Assembly (NCBI GenBank): GCA_016839815.1
Contig: JAEOTM010000099.1
Location: 1-61,031 of the forward strand
Reading direction: 5' to 3'
Length of the DNA: 61,031 bases
DNA from: Candidatus Hodarchaeota archaeon
GTDB lineage: Archaea; Asgardarchaeota; Heimdallarchaeia; Hodarchaeales; Hodarchaeaceae
Shown: piece by piece, positions 30,273 through 40,368 of the stretch
Numbering within the stretch: the stretch's first letter is position 1
Layout: the number at the start of each line of letters is the position of its first letter
Notes under the pieces: model-generated
Database searches by the model: none
What the model was told of the DNA's origin: nothing
What the model saw: the letters and a program-made list of their open reading frames with translations, nothing else
Position numbers and translations under genes: made by a program

Positions 30273-31583
30273 TTAATCCTCAAAATAATCTTTTAGATCA
30301 ACTGCAGGAAATTTTGCTCGGCCGAAACTTTTTCCGGCAGTTTTAAGCGGTGCAGTTAGGTCAAAACCAACTTTGTTGGTCATTTTTGTCCCAGGTTCGG
30401 CACTAGGATCTAAACTTGATCCTGGTTCTTTTCCAATATCAACTAAATCGCGTTCAGCTTGGAATCGTGTTGCCATTGACCATTCGACCTCGAGAGGATC
30501 ATAAATATTGATATCCTTATCTACGACAAACACATGTTTACAACTTCGATGTCCTTGGAATGCGGCATGGATAGCTTTCTTACCATCATCCTCTTCCTTT
30601 TTATCAATCTTTACAATGGCATGTAACCAAGAAGAACCACCAGGATTAACGTTGACATCGATACAGGTAACCCCAGCCTCATTTACTGTCTTAAAGATTG
30701 TGGGTTCTCTGGGCATTCCCATCAAAACTTTGTGTTCTAACGCTCCAGGTATTAATGCTTGCCAAATGGGATCCTTTCGGTGTGTAATTCTTCTAACTTC
30801 AAAAACTGGTTCTTCTCGAACTACATCGTAGGTCTCGGTTAGATCTATAAACGGACCTTCATCTGATCGATCCTGCATAAATACGCGTCCTTCTAGTACA
30901 ACCTCGCATCCTGCGGGAATTAATACATCAATAGACTTCGCTTTCACTATTTGGGTTGGTGCGAGTGCATTCGCAATTTCTAGCTCATTTATTCCCGTTT
31001 TAACTGAAGTTGCTGCAGCTACTAATACATTGGGGGTATTTCCAACGCAATATACTGCATCCACTTCCCCTGTTCTCTCTAAGAATTTGTAAAAATCTCT
31101 TCCTTTGATGATCCGTGTACTCATACGGTCACTGGAAAACTGCATTGCACGATGAAAGTCTAAATTCTGTCCATATTCAGGATCTTTTGTTACCACAACT
31201 GCTGATGAAATATAGCGTCCACCATCGCGTTCATTATGTTTTAAGATAGGTAATTTATCTAAATTCACACTTTCCATGACCACTTCTTGGCATGGTGCAC
31301 TGGTTACCTCTTCAGGTAGACTCCTATTATCAATTGCAGAGGTTAATTTGGGAATAAGCTCTGCGGTCGAAATTCCAAAATAGTCAGCTATACTGATCTT
31401 TGTACTGAAAATATTTCCTGCAACTCGGAAATCTGAATAACCTTTGACATTTTCAAATAAAATTGGGGTTGGTTCCGCTGTTTTCAATACAGCAGCAGCT
31501 TCAATATCTATATCAACAGCTTTTTTGATTTTTGTAATTCCATTTTTATTTTCTAATTGAGTAATATACTCTCGAAAATCCAT
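30273..31583 (-). CDS. ubiD: UbiD-family decarboxylase, probable anhydromevalonate-phosphate decarboxylase
   Basis: DGGRYI, EGPFIDLTETYD, GGSSWLHA, VVDKDINI, GSSLDPSA; clustered with mvk, acnX and ubiX. Confidence 0.9.
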   Translation of the reverse strand: MDFREYITQLENKNGITKIKKAVDIDIEAAAVLKTAEPTPILFENVKGYSDFRVAGNIFSTKISIADYFGISTAELIPKLTSAIDNRSLPEEVTSAPCQEVVMESVNLDKLPILKHNERDGGRYISSAVVVTKDPEYGQNLDFHRAMQFSSDRMSTRIIKGRDFYKFLERTGEVDAVYCVGNTPNVLVAAATSVKTGINELEIANALAPTQIVKAKSIDVLIPAGCEVVLEGRVFMQDRSDEGPFIDLTETYDVVREEPVFEVRRITHRKDPIWQALIPGALEHKVLMGMPREPTIFKTVNEAGVTCIDVNVNPGGSSWLHAIVKIDKKEEDDGKKAIHAAFQGHRSCKHVFVVDKDINIYDPLEVEWSMATRFQAERDLVDIGKEPGSSLDPSAEPGTKMTNKVGFDLTAPLKTAGKSFGRAKFPAVDLKDYFED

Positions 31584-31617
31584 ATCAATCTACACCTGCA
31601 TTTTATTATACTTTAAT

Positions 31618-32556
31618 TTAAACTCCGATTTTTGTTTTCCAGACAGCAAACCCTGCATCCTTTAATGCGTTGTAAACTTTATCCTGAAGATCTACTCCTG
31701 GTGTTAATACATTAATATTGCCTCCCCGTCCTGTGCCTGTAACTTTTGCCCCCAAGGCACCTGCTTCTCTTGCGATAGATACCATTTTATCTAGAATATC
31801 ATTAGAAACAGTTATTTCCTGTAAAAGTTCATGATTTTTATTCATGAGTCTTCCTACTTGTTTTAAATTCATTAATTCCAAAGCATGACGGCCTTCTTTT
31901 ACTACTGATTTATATTCTTTTACTATTCTATCAAACCACTTGGGATTCTCTTCTTTCTTTTCACGTACATCTGCTACAACTACACTCGTATTAGCAGTCA
32001 TTCCTGAACTAGCTATGACGAGATCGACGGGTTCAGAGAGTTTTATGGTCTCCATTGTATTTGGCCCTCCGTGAAGGTTTTTTACAAAATAAACCAACCC
32101 TCCAAACGTTGATGCGGTATTGTCAATACCACTTGGAGTTCCGTGATATCCTTTTTCCCCTTCATATGCGGCCTCGTTGATTTTTGTATCATCCCACCCT
32201 AGTTGAAATTCATCATTAATTGCGCGTGCTAAGGCAACGCAACTTGCTGCAGAGGCTCCTACACCACTAGCACAGGTTAAATTTCCCCCTAATGTAATTT
32301 TCATCTTCTTTTCATCAAGGTTTACACCCATAAAGTCAAGAACGTTTTTGATCGAGACCTTTTGTTCATCAAATTTCTTTTTTTTGTATCCAGGTACCTC
32401 AGGTCGATTATCAAATAGCTCGTATCCCTGTCCCTCTTCAATTTCCACAATTGCTTCTGTAAAATCGCCAATTGCGGAAGCCATGGCTGGTAAACCATAA
32501 ACTACAAAATGCTCGCCGAATAGTATTGTTTTTCCAAAACCAGAACCCGTTCCCAT
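31618..32556 (-). CDS. mvk: Mevalonate kinase
   Basis: GKTILFGEHFVVYG, GVGASAA, HGTPSGID, GAKVTGTGRGG. Confidence 0.93.
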   Translation of the reverse strand: MGTGSGFGKTILFGEHFVVYGLPAMASAIGDFTEAIVEIEEGQGYELFDNRPEVPGYKKKKFDEQKVSIKNVLDFMGVNLDEKKMKITLGGNLTCASGVGASAASCVALARAINDEFQLGWDDTKINEAAYEGEKGYHGTPSGIDNTASTFGGLVYFVKNLHGGPNTMETIKLSEPVDLVIASSGMTANTSVVVADVREKKEENPKWFDRIVKEYKSVVKEGRHALELMNLKQVGRLMNKNHELLQEITVSNDILDKMVSIAREAGALGAKVTGTGRGGNINVLTPGVDLQDKVYNALKDAGFAVWKTKIGV

Positions 32557-32718
32557 TTTTAATTCTCACCTTAAACTGAAATTATTCAATAGTCATTTGG
32601 ATTGCAGTATACACACAATCTTTATCGATTCTTTCGGATGAAAGCTTCTCCTCACTTGTCTTTTTTTGTCTAGCTAACTGAGAAAGGTTGAAAAAAAAAT
32701 TTTTTTCCGCGTTTAGAT

Positions 32719-33939
32719 ATGAGGTCTCTGTTAGATTTCGATTTAAATGAGAAAATTTGCTTAACTCGAGTAGATTTTAACTGTCCACTTGATGACAACA
32801 AAAATATCCAAGATTTTACCCGAATTAAAGCACATGCAGATACAATTAAAGCAATTTCCGACAATCAAGGAAAAATAGTTATTATTGCTCATCAGGGAAG
32901 ACCTGGGAGTGTTGATTTTAGTAGTTTAGCGCAACATGCCGAAAAATTACAACTAGTACTATCAGACAAGTATACTGTTGATTTCATTGGACAAACGCAC
33001 GGGCTAGATGTAGAACAGAGGATAGGTCAAATGAATCTGGGTGACATCCTAGTTCTTGAAAATGTTCGACAAGTTAAAGGAGAAATCCTAAATAAAACTC
33101 CTCAAGAACACGCTACAAATGAGTATATCAAAAGTCTTTCTCGTGTAGGGGAGATTTTCATCAATGATGCTTTTTCTGCAGCTCACCGGTCACATATGAG
33201 CCTAGTTGGATTTACAGGGATTTTACCTGCAGCTGCTGGTCTTATCATGGAGAGAGAAGTAACAAACCTCCAACGAGTTGTAGATAATCCTCAAAAACCC
33301 TGTGTCTTCGTACTAGGTGGTGTAAAACCCGAAGATTCATTTAAAGTTGCGGATCATGTTCTTAGGAATGATATTGCAGATGTAGTTTTAACTGGAGGAG
33401 TTATTTCTGAGATTCTATTAATTGCAATGGACAAATCCTTGGGAGAACCGACAATGAGTTTTCTTCGGAAAAAAGATTTGTTAAAATTTGTTGATCCAGC
33501 TAAAAGTTTGCTTTCAGAATTTTCCGATAAAATTGAGATTCAGAAAGATTTTGCAGTTGATGAAAATGGTCGAACTAATTATGATATGAACGATCTTCCA
33601 TTAAATGCATCGATTTTTGATATAGGAGAAAAGACGATCGAACTTTATACAGAAATTATTCAAAATTCCTCGACTTGTGTTTTTAATGGTCCAATGGGAA
33701 GATTTGAAGACCCAGAATTTGCAAAAGGGACATTAGAAGTATTTAAAGCCATGAGTAAATCTCAAGGATTTTCTTTAGCTGGTGGTGGACACAGTATTTC
33801 AATTTTAGAGAAGAATAAAATCAAACTCTCCTATATGAGTACAGCTGGCGGGGCAATGATTCGCTTCTTAATGGGAAAGACGCTTCCAGCCATTGAGGCT
33901 CTTTATACTAATACTCAACTATTTCCTAAAAGTGTATAG
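32719..33939 (+). CDS. pgk: Phosphoglycerate kinase
   Basis: RVDFNCP, AHQGRPG, LENVR, NDAFSAAHR, NGPMG, STAGGA. Confidence 0.97.
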   Translation: MRSLLDFDLNEKICLTRVDFNCPLDDNKNIQDFTRIKAHADTIKAISDNQGKIVIIAHQGRPGSVDFSSLAQHAEKLQLVLSDKYTVDFIGQTHGLDVEQRIGQMNLGDILVLENVRQVKGEILNKTPQEHATNEYIKSLSRVGEIFINDAFSAAHRSHMSLVGFTGILPAAAGLIMEREVTNLQRVVDNPQKPCVFVLGGVKPEDSFKVADHVLRNDIADVVLTGGVISEILLIAMDKSLGEPTMSFLRKKDLLKFVDPAKSLLSEFSDKIEIQKDFAVDENGRTNYDMNDLPLNASIFDIGEKTIELYTEIIQNSSTCVFNGPMGRFEDPEFAKGTLEVFKAMSKSQGFSLAGGGHSISILEKNKIKLSYMSTAGGAMIRFLMGKTLPAIEALYTNTQLFPKSV

Positions 33940-34493
33940 GGATTAACATCCATAATAGACAAAATTTTGCCCTTATTAACAGTTAAAAGTCTATTAATCC
34001 TTAGCTTCTTTTTTAATGTTATAATCCACAGTATAAAGGAGAGAATAGAAGCATCCACTATAGATAATTTCTTACTCCATTATTTCGAAAAAATGGAAAA
34101 AAGAAGGAAAGGTAAATTCTTGTTAAAATGATGAGTTGAATATGACTGATTTTGTCAGACAGGACAGAAGTACTATCTCCTGAACAGGATGAGTCACACA
34201 TCCGCTATTCGGCAGGTTGGCGCCCCAATAAATGACGTCTTCCATTGAGATTACTTTTTACAAAATTTTCTTTCAGAATCTACAACTACAATCGTTTAAA
34301 GTTTTCTCAAGCGTATAATCCTTCACCTTTGACGGGTTACTCGTTTAACGTAGTTACGAAGGAAGATTTTACAAAAAATATCCTTCCTTTTTGTTCATCA
34401 CCTCACTTCAGGAATATAGAGAAAAGAAGTTCTTATAAATTCGAAAGAGAGAGAGTAATCCGAAACTACTAAAAATGACTTCAATGGATAAAA

Positions 34494-35012
34494 ATGATCA
34501 TGGTTAAACCTGAAGAAGTTGAACAAATTCAAAACGATTTGGAACTAGTGACTAAAACCGCTAAAGTCTTAGCTACTAAATTAGAAAAGATATCTCAGAG
34601 AATAGATGAATTGATGAAGTCAGTGGGAGGAGTTTCAACTGCAACTACTCAAGCACCTGTTTCTAGAGCAGCTCCCAAAGTAAAAAAGACCGTTAAAGCT
34701 GCTCCAGTCGCACAACCAGAACCACGAAAGCCAAAAGAGACTGCTGCGTTTGATAGTACAAGTACCAAGGCAGGAAGATATTTGGATGCATTTTTAACTC
34801 AATTACAGGAGCTTAAAAGAGGAAGAGAGATTTCTGAAGTCCTTTCTCGCCTAAGAGACCAGGTTATGCAATCTGCAGAGGTGGGTTTTCATCCTGCATT
34901 TCATGAAATGGGAAGAGAAGCGAGTCGTTTAAAGAACATGAGCATCATTACCGAGGAAGAAAGGGAAGAGTTAATCGAAAAAGTCTATGATTGGAAAGAC
35001 CGTATCGGGTAA
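34494..35012 (+). CDS. Hypothetical protein (N-terminal coiled coil, Ala/Pro/Lys linker, helical C-domain)
   Basis: 172-aa ORF with heptad pattern. Confidence 0.7.
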   Translation: MIMVKPEEVEQIQNDLELVTKTAKVLATKLEKISQRIDELMKSVGGVSTATTQAPVSRAAPKVKKTVKAAPVAQPEPRKPKETAAFDSTSTKAGRYLDAFLTQLQELKRGREISEVLSRLRDQVMQSAEVGFHPAFHEMGREASRLKNMSIITEEEREELIEKVYDWKDRIG

Positions 35013-35042
35013 ATACTTGTTGGAATTCTATTTTTAATCAGT

Positions 35043-35570
35043 CTAGCCTGATCTTACATGACTCCCACATTTATTACAGAAAAAGGCATTTCCGGGAAGT
35101 GTTGATCCACATGAAGAACATTTTCGCTTATTATCCATGTAAGAAGGACTAGAAGAGAATACGGGTTCTTTCTCATTTTCCACTTTATTAGAGAAGGGGC
35201 TAGAACTAAAAGGAGAGAAACTTGGGGTTGAAGACTCTTCACTTGGCGTATCAAAAAAGGAATGGTCGGGAGGAGAAGAAGTGGTACCTCTCTCTTCGGC
35301 AAAGTCAACTCGATTTGCTAGATTGTCCAATTTATCAGAGATTTGTGACATAATAGGCAAGAAAGGACAAGTTACACCTTGGCCTATATCCACTGAATTG
35401 GGAATGGAAGTAGATTCGGGACTGATCAGCTTAAAACCAATGCGTAATCCCTCTGTTTTTTCATTAATGGCAATTCCTTGTTCAAGTAATCCACGGATCA
35501 CTTCTTTCGCAGAATAAGAACGTCCACGAATTAGGATCCTACCAGAGACTTGATCAAGGGGTTGATTCAT
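35043..35570 (-). CDS. Zinc-ribbon protein with Ser/Pro-rich linker
   Basis: C-terminal CSSCG...FCNKCG. Confidence 0.75.
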   Translation of the reverse strand: MNQPLDQVSGRILIRGRSYSAKEVIRGLLEQGIAINEKTEGLRIGFKLISPESTSIPNSVDIGQGVTCPFLPIMSQISDKLDNLANRVDFAEERGTTSSPPDHSFFDTPSEESSTPSFSPFSSSPFSNKVENEKEPVFSSSPSYMDNKRKCSSCGSTLPGNAFFCNKCGSHVRSG

Positions 35571-35939
35571 GACTTCGAGTCCTCAGTTACCTAGGGAGTG
35601 TCCCAAGATAATAAGAAAAAATATCATGTACGTATTATTGATAATATACTCTTAACTAAGAATCACCAATCCTGCACTACAATCACTTTGAAAGCTAATT
35701 CTAATTCATAGAAAAAGTTATGTGTAAGAAATCTTGCAAGAAATAAAGATTGATACTCTTCTCGACCATCATTGTTTCTCTTGTGCTAACATTATTCCTT
35801 ACACCATTCTCTGCGATTTAATCAAAAATTACGAATTCCTCAATAACAAGATTTTTGAAAATGAATAATTTTTAAAAGGATAAGCTGAAAAGACTAGAAG
35901 TGACAAAAAAAAGGATATAATTACTGTTGAGGTGAAAAA

Positions 35940-36182
35940 ATGCCTGCTGCTTTTGTATTAGTTAATGCCGAAATCGGGTCAGAAGATGATGTACTAGATG
36001 AATTAAAAAGCACCAAAGGTGTTGTTGGTGCATGGATTGTTTACGGTGTTTATGACATCGTAGCTAAAATTGAAGCTGATTCTATGGAAAAACTCAAAGA
36101 AGTCATTACTACCAATATTCGTGGCTTAGAGAATGTTCGTTCAACCTTAACCATGATTGTTGTTGAAACGGCAAATCAATAA
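35940..36182 (+). CDS. Stand-alone Lrp/AsnC ligand-binding (RAM) domain protein
   Basis: AFVLVN...VYGVYDIVAKIE...VRSTLTMIV; GAGGTGA SD. Confidence 0.9.
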   Translation: MPAAFVLVNAEIGSEDDVLDELKSTKGVVGAWIVYGVYDIVAKIEADSMEKLKEVITTNIRGLENVRSTLTMIVVETANQ

Positions 36183-36364
36183 TACAAAGATCGGTAATAG
36201 ACGATTGGATGGACTAATTACAAGTAAATTTCTATTCATTCTCAGCTGTCCATCTTTTTTCTTTTTCTAAAGGCCTATTACTCCAATTTACGTACTCTTA
36301 TATATTACTATTAGATAATTAGTGTAGATTTCCTCTAATCAAATTAGACATATTCGGTGAATGT

Positions 36365-37063
36365 ATGAAGGAAATATTAACAGATATTTACTGGCTTCTT
36401 GGCCAGGGGTTTAATTGTAACGTGTTTATAATCGATTCAAATAAAGAAACGATTATGATTGACACAGGTGTGGGTAATACTCTTGGTCAGGCATTTAACA
36501 CAGATTCCTCGAATCTTGAAGCACTGCGACGAGCGATAAAGAATAAAAGAATTAACCACATCTTTCTAACTCATGGTCACATCGATCATATAGGTGGAAT
36601 CTTATCGCTTCGATCTGAAGTGGATTGTGAGATTTCCGCGTCCCACGAAGAGGCAATACATTTAACTTCAGGGAATAGTCCATATCTTGATCCAATCATG
36701 AACTCAACCTGTTCTGCTCTTGAAATTATCAGTAAAGTCGGAGAAGGGGATACAATTTCTGTTGGTGACTTTAATTTTCAAGTATTGGAAACTCCGGGAC
36801 ACACCAAAGGATCTTTGTCTCTATATGAAGAGGATAAGAAAATCCTCATTAGTGGGGATACAGTTTTTCCTCAAGGATCGTTTGGAAGAACGGATCTTCC
36901 TTCTGGGTCGAGTTCAGAACTTTTAAAATCATTAGAACGTCTATCTAATCTAGAAATTCATGTTCTATTGCCAGGACATATGCCACCTGTAATTTCCTCC
37001 ACCGTTATAAATTCTGTTAAAGATTCACTGCGAAATGCCAAGATGATGCTTTCTTATTATTGA
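36365..37063 (+). CDS. Metallo-beta-lactamase-fold hydrolase (glyoxalase II-like)
   Basis: THGHIDHIGG, TPGHT, SGDT, GRTD, PGH. Confidence 0.92.
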   Translation: MKEILTDIYWLLGQGFNCNVFIIDSNKETIMIDTGVGNTLGQAFNTDSSNLEALRRAIKNKRINHIFLTHGHIDHIGGILSLRSEVDCEISASHEEAIHLTSGNSPYLDPIMNSTCSALEIISKVGEGDTISVGDFNFQVLETPGHTKGSLSLYEEDKKILISGDTVFPQGSFGRTDLPSGSSSELLKSLERLSNLEIHVLLPGHMPPVISSTVINSVKDSLRNAKMMLSYY

Positions 37064-37579
37064 TTTAATGTGTTCGCAGGTATCTTGAACACTTCTATCA
37101 TCATTGTGGACTTCGAATATCTTTTCTGATGGGTAAAACTCTGTAAAATCATAATATAAGACATTCATTATTTCTGCTTCGATGTTTGACTCGATTTTTT
37201 CTTTTGAATAATCACGCTTCTCAAGTCGGTTCCTAAGAACATGGATTGATGTATGAAGAATAATGATATAATCAATTGGAAGATCCTGTAACACCATTCC
37301 ACCTGAGAGGCAAAGATTTACTTTCTTTTTCATTTTTTTAAGAAGTTCTTCTTTTAAAAGATCATCATCAACGATATAACTTTCTCGATCAATGTCATAT
37401 CCGAAATACAATCCCTCTTTTATGATAAGATCGTTTAGTTCTAGAAATTCCAGATTCAGATCATGGGATAAATCTTTTGCCACAGAGGTTTTTCCAGTGC
37501 CTGGCGTACCAGTAATATATACACGGAGTACGGAACTATTACTCATGACAACCATCGTTCTTTTATCTATCAAGTTCAA
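37025..37579 (-). CDS. Adenylate kinase 6/Fap7-family kinase
   Basis: ITGTPGTGKT, LRNRLEKRDYSKEKIESNIEAEI; true start probably ATG 37546. Confidence 0.85.
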   Translation of the reverse strand: MNLIDKRTMVVMSNSSVLRVYITGTPGTGKTSVAKDLSHDLNLEFLELNDLIIKEGLYFGYDIDRESYIVDDDLLKEELLKKMKKKVNLCLSGGMVLQDLPIDYIIILHTSIHVLRNRLEKRDYSKEKIESNIEAEIMNVLYYDFTEFYPSEKIFEVHNDDRSVQDTCEHIKSIIRKHHLGISQ

Positions 37580-37672
37580 ACATGGCTTATCCCCGATTCA
37601 ACTTTATGTAGGTTTAAATTATTATCTTAATAAAGAGGTTGTAGAAAAGAGAAGATTCTATCCAGAAAATGG

Positions 37673-40162
37673 TTGTGTAATTTGAGTTCAATAATCTCAA
37701 TTGTCGCAGAAAAACCCTCTATTGCTAGAGCATTAGTTAGGGCATTCTCCATCGTTTATAAAATGAAATTTAAAAGCCGAAAAGGTCAAACACGGTATAA
37801 TTATATCTTCGAAGCCGAGCTGGATGAACAAAAAATTACTTTTTCTATTGAAACAACTGATTTTCGTTTAAAGAAGGGGGATACGTTACTCATTACAAGT
37901 GTGACTGGACATATTCTCAATTTTGATTATCCTCCTCCTTTTGATAAGGAAACAAACTGGCATAATTCTGATCCGCTCGAAATGGTTGAAATAGAACCAA
38001 TAGAAAGAGCTATTAATGAAAACATGGTAAATCATGTCAGTCATGTAGGAGCCCTTTCCAACGTGCTAGTAGTAGCTACAGATTGGGATGGTCATGGAGA
38101 AGCGATAGGTCGAGAAATTGTTGAAGTTGCTAGTAGAAATAATAAGAAAATCCATCATGGAAGAATGAGATTCACCAGCACGAATCCATTATCTCTGCAA
38201 CGTTCATTTGAATCCCAAACTGGGTTGAATTGGGACTGGATTCGTCAAGTTGACTCATTAAGAAAACAAGATTTACGAATGGGATCTTCTATCACTCGTT
38301 TCTTAACAGTTGGGGTTCAAGACCGGGGAATTCACAACCAAATGATTTCCTATGGCCCATGTCAGACTAGTGTATTATACTTAATTGCCAATCGTTATCT
38401 CGAGAATAAAACTTTTATCCCAGAGAAATTTTGGAAACTTTCTTTGAAGATTATTGTGAATGATAAACCACTGTTCCTCAATTGGCATGGCAATCCATCT
38501 ACCGATGAAGAATATGTCGATAATATCATTAAAAAGCTTGAAGCTGAAGAAATAGCAGTTATCAGCGATTTCAATGAAGAAATTGGTGTAATCCGCAGGC
38601 CGCTTCCTCTAGATACTGATACACTTGAAGCAGAGTGTTCCAATCTATTCAAAGTAAGTCCAAAGCAAATTTCTGATATCGCAGAACGTCTCTACAATAA
38701 TGGATTTATAACTTACCCTAGAACAGAAAGTTCATATTATCTTGAAAAGGATCTAACAAAATTAACTACAGCATTTACTAATCATGAGGAATTTGGGCAA
38801 ATTGCTCAAGAGTGTATAGATTTAGGGGGAGTTACCAACCCTTCTAAAGGGCGCTTTACAAAAGATCATGAACCTATAAAACCCGTGAAAGCAATAATTA
38901 AAAAAGACTTAGAGAAAACCTTTGCAAAGACTCCTTCAATTATTAATTTATCTTGGGCAATATATACTTACATTGTTTGGAGGTTTCTGGCAAGTGTTCA
39001 TATTGATGCGAAAACACTTGATCAGTACATAATCTTAACAGCCGGGGGAGAGGATTTTAAAGGAAAAGGGAAATTGATTATAGAACTAGGATTTCTAAAA
39101 TTCTATCAATATCGGAATATTGTCTCTACAGAGCTTCCAAAATTAGAAAAAAACACCGAATTTCCTTTTGAAATTAATAAACATCTGGGTTTTACTACAC
39201 CTCCTCCATTATGGAGCGAGTCTATGTTAATCCGGAAGATGTCTGAACTAAATCTGGGTACTGACGCCACACGATCATCTCATATTGACACAGTCCAGAA
39301 ACGGAGATATACTTCCCCTACTGGGACTCAACGCACGCTTATCCCAACTCCGCTTGGTCTCGCTTTGTATGATGTGCTCAATGACAACGCACAAGAATTA
39401 ATTCTTCCTGAAATTCGAGGAAAAGTAGAAGCATGGACACAACAAATTCGAGAGCACAAAAAAACTGCTGATGAAGTAGATAAGCTTGTTATTGACTTAA
39501 CCACACAAGGGATTATAGCTATGAAGTCAAATGAAGAAGATATTTTTTCCACTCTAGCGAGTAGCTTTAAAGAGATGACTGGAGTAGGCAGTGTCTTAGG
39601 GGTGTGTCCAGACTGTGAGGGAGATTTAATTCTATTTCAAGGTAAGAAAGGATCTCGTTTCTTAAAATGTACAAATCCACTCTGTGAAGCGAGTTTTCCT
39701 CTACCAAAAAAGGGGGAATTAATAAAGTTAGAGGGGGAACAATGTAGAATCTGTAATACTACTCCGCTATTGGTAACAGTGAAATACCATAATTGGATTA
39801 TGTGCCCAGTTTGTTGGACTCGTGAGGCGAGTGAAGAACAACCTTGGTTCTGTAGTGAATGTAACCAAGAAGAATGCCCGTATTCAGGTTCTTGGAAGGC
39901 CAGATCAAGTAATGAACCTGTGGGAACCTGTCCTGACTGTAATGGTGATTTATTCCTTCAGATAAAGGAAAATATTGCGCAAATTGAATGCAGTTCATGT
40001 CAAAAAGCTTGGAAAACCCCCAAACTTCGTCCTAAAATGTCCATTACATTAGGAAGACCATGTACAAATTGTGCAAGAAAAACCCTCTCAATTGTAAAAC
40101 AAGGAAAGAAACCCTATAGATTATGTGTATTTTGCTCCCTCTTCTATTTTGATGATTACTAA
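37673..40162 (+). CDS. Type IA DNA topoisomerase (Top3-like) with C-terminal zinc ribbons
   Basis: VAEKPS, TSVTGH, TOPRIM DWDGHGE, SYGPCQ, catalytic ITYPRT, GTDAT; many CxxC pairs. Confidence 0.93.
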   Translation: MCNLSSIISIVAEKPSIARALVRAFSIVYKMKFKSRKGQTRYNYIFEAELDEQKITFSIETTDFRLKKGDTLLITSVTGHILNFDYPPPFDKETNWHNSDPLEMVEIEPIERAINENMVNHVSHVGALSNVLVVATDWDGHGEAIGREIVEVASRNNKKIHHGRMRFTSTNPLSLQRSFESQTGLNWDWIRQVDSLRKQDLRMGSSITRFLTVGVQDRGIHNQMISYGPCQTSVLYLIANRYLENKTFIPEKFWKLSLKIIVNDKPLFLNWHGNPSTDEEYVDNIIKKLEAEEIAVISDFNEEIGVIRRPLPLDTDTLEAECSNLFKVSPKQISDIAERLYNNGFITYPRTESSYYLEKDLTKLTTAFTNHEEFGQIAQECIDLGGVTNPSKGRFTKDHEPIKPVKAIIKKDLEKTFAKTPSIINLSWAIYTYIVWRFLASVHIDAKTLDQYIILTAGGEDFKGKGKLIIELGFLKFYQYRNIVSTELPKLEKNTEFPFEINKHLGFTTPPPLWSESMLIRKMSELNLGTDATRSSHIDTVQKRRYTSPTGTQRTLIPTPLGLALYDVLNDNAQELILPEIRGKVEAWTQQIREHKKTADEVDKLVIDLTTQGIIAMKSNEEDIFSTLASSFKEMTGVGSVLGVCPDCEGDLILFQGKKGSRFLKCTNPLCEASFPLPKKGELIKLEGEQCRICNTTPLLVTVKYHNWIMCPVCWTREASEEQPWFCSECNQEECPYSGSWKARSSNEPVGTCPDCNGDLFLQIKENIAQIECSSCQKAWKTPKLRPKMSITLGRPCTNCARKTLSIVKQGKKPYRLCVFCSLFYFDDY

Positions 40163-40368
40163 AGAACCAACTAAACACAAATTTCCTTTAGTAAAAAGCT
40201 TGAATTCACAATCTAAAGGGTAAGAATACAGATAGCACCAGATCAGTGATAACTCGAAAATCCCTTTAATACGAATAGAATAATATAAAATACTACAAGG
40301 GATAAATGAAATTCAATCGCATTCAATAATATGATTTCACCCTGAATGCCGTAATATTATTTCCTTCA

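Noticed and set aside
32689-32709. A-run/T-run inverted repeat upstream of pgk
   Set aside because: Low complexity, expected in AT-rich promoter DNA
34122-34472. Small ORFs in the pgk-downstream gap (75 aa plus; ~40 and ~24 aa minus)
   Set aside because: No recognisable motifs; cannot be distinguished from chance
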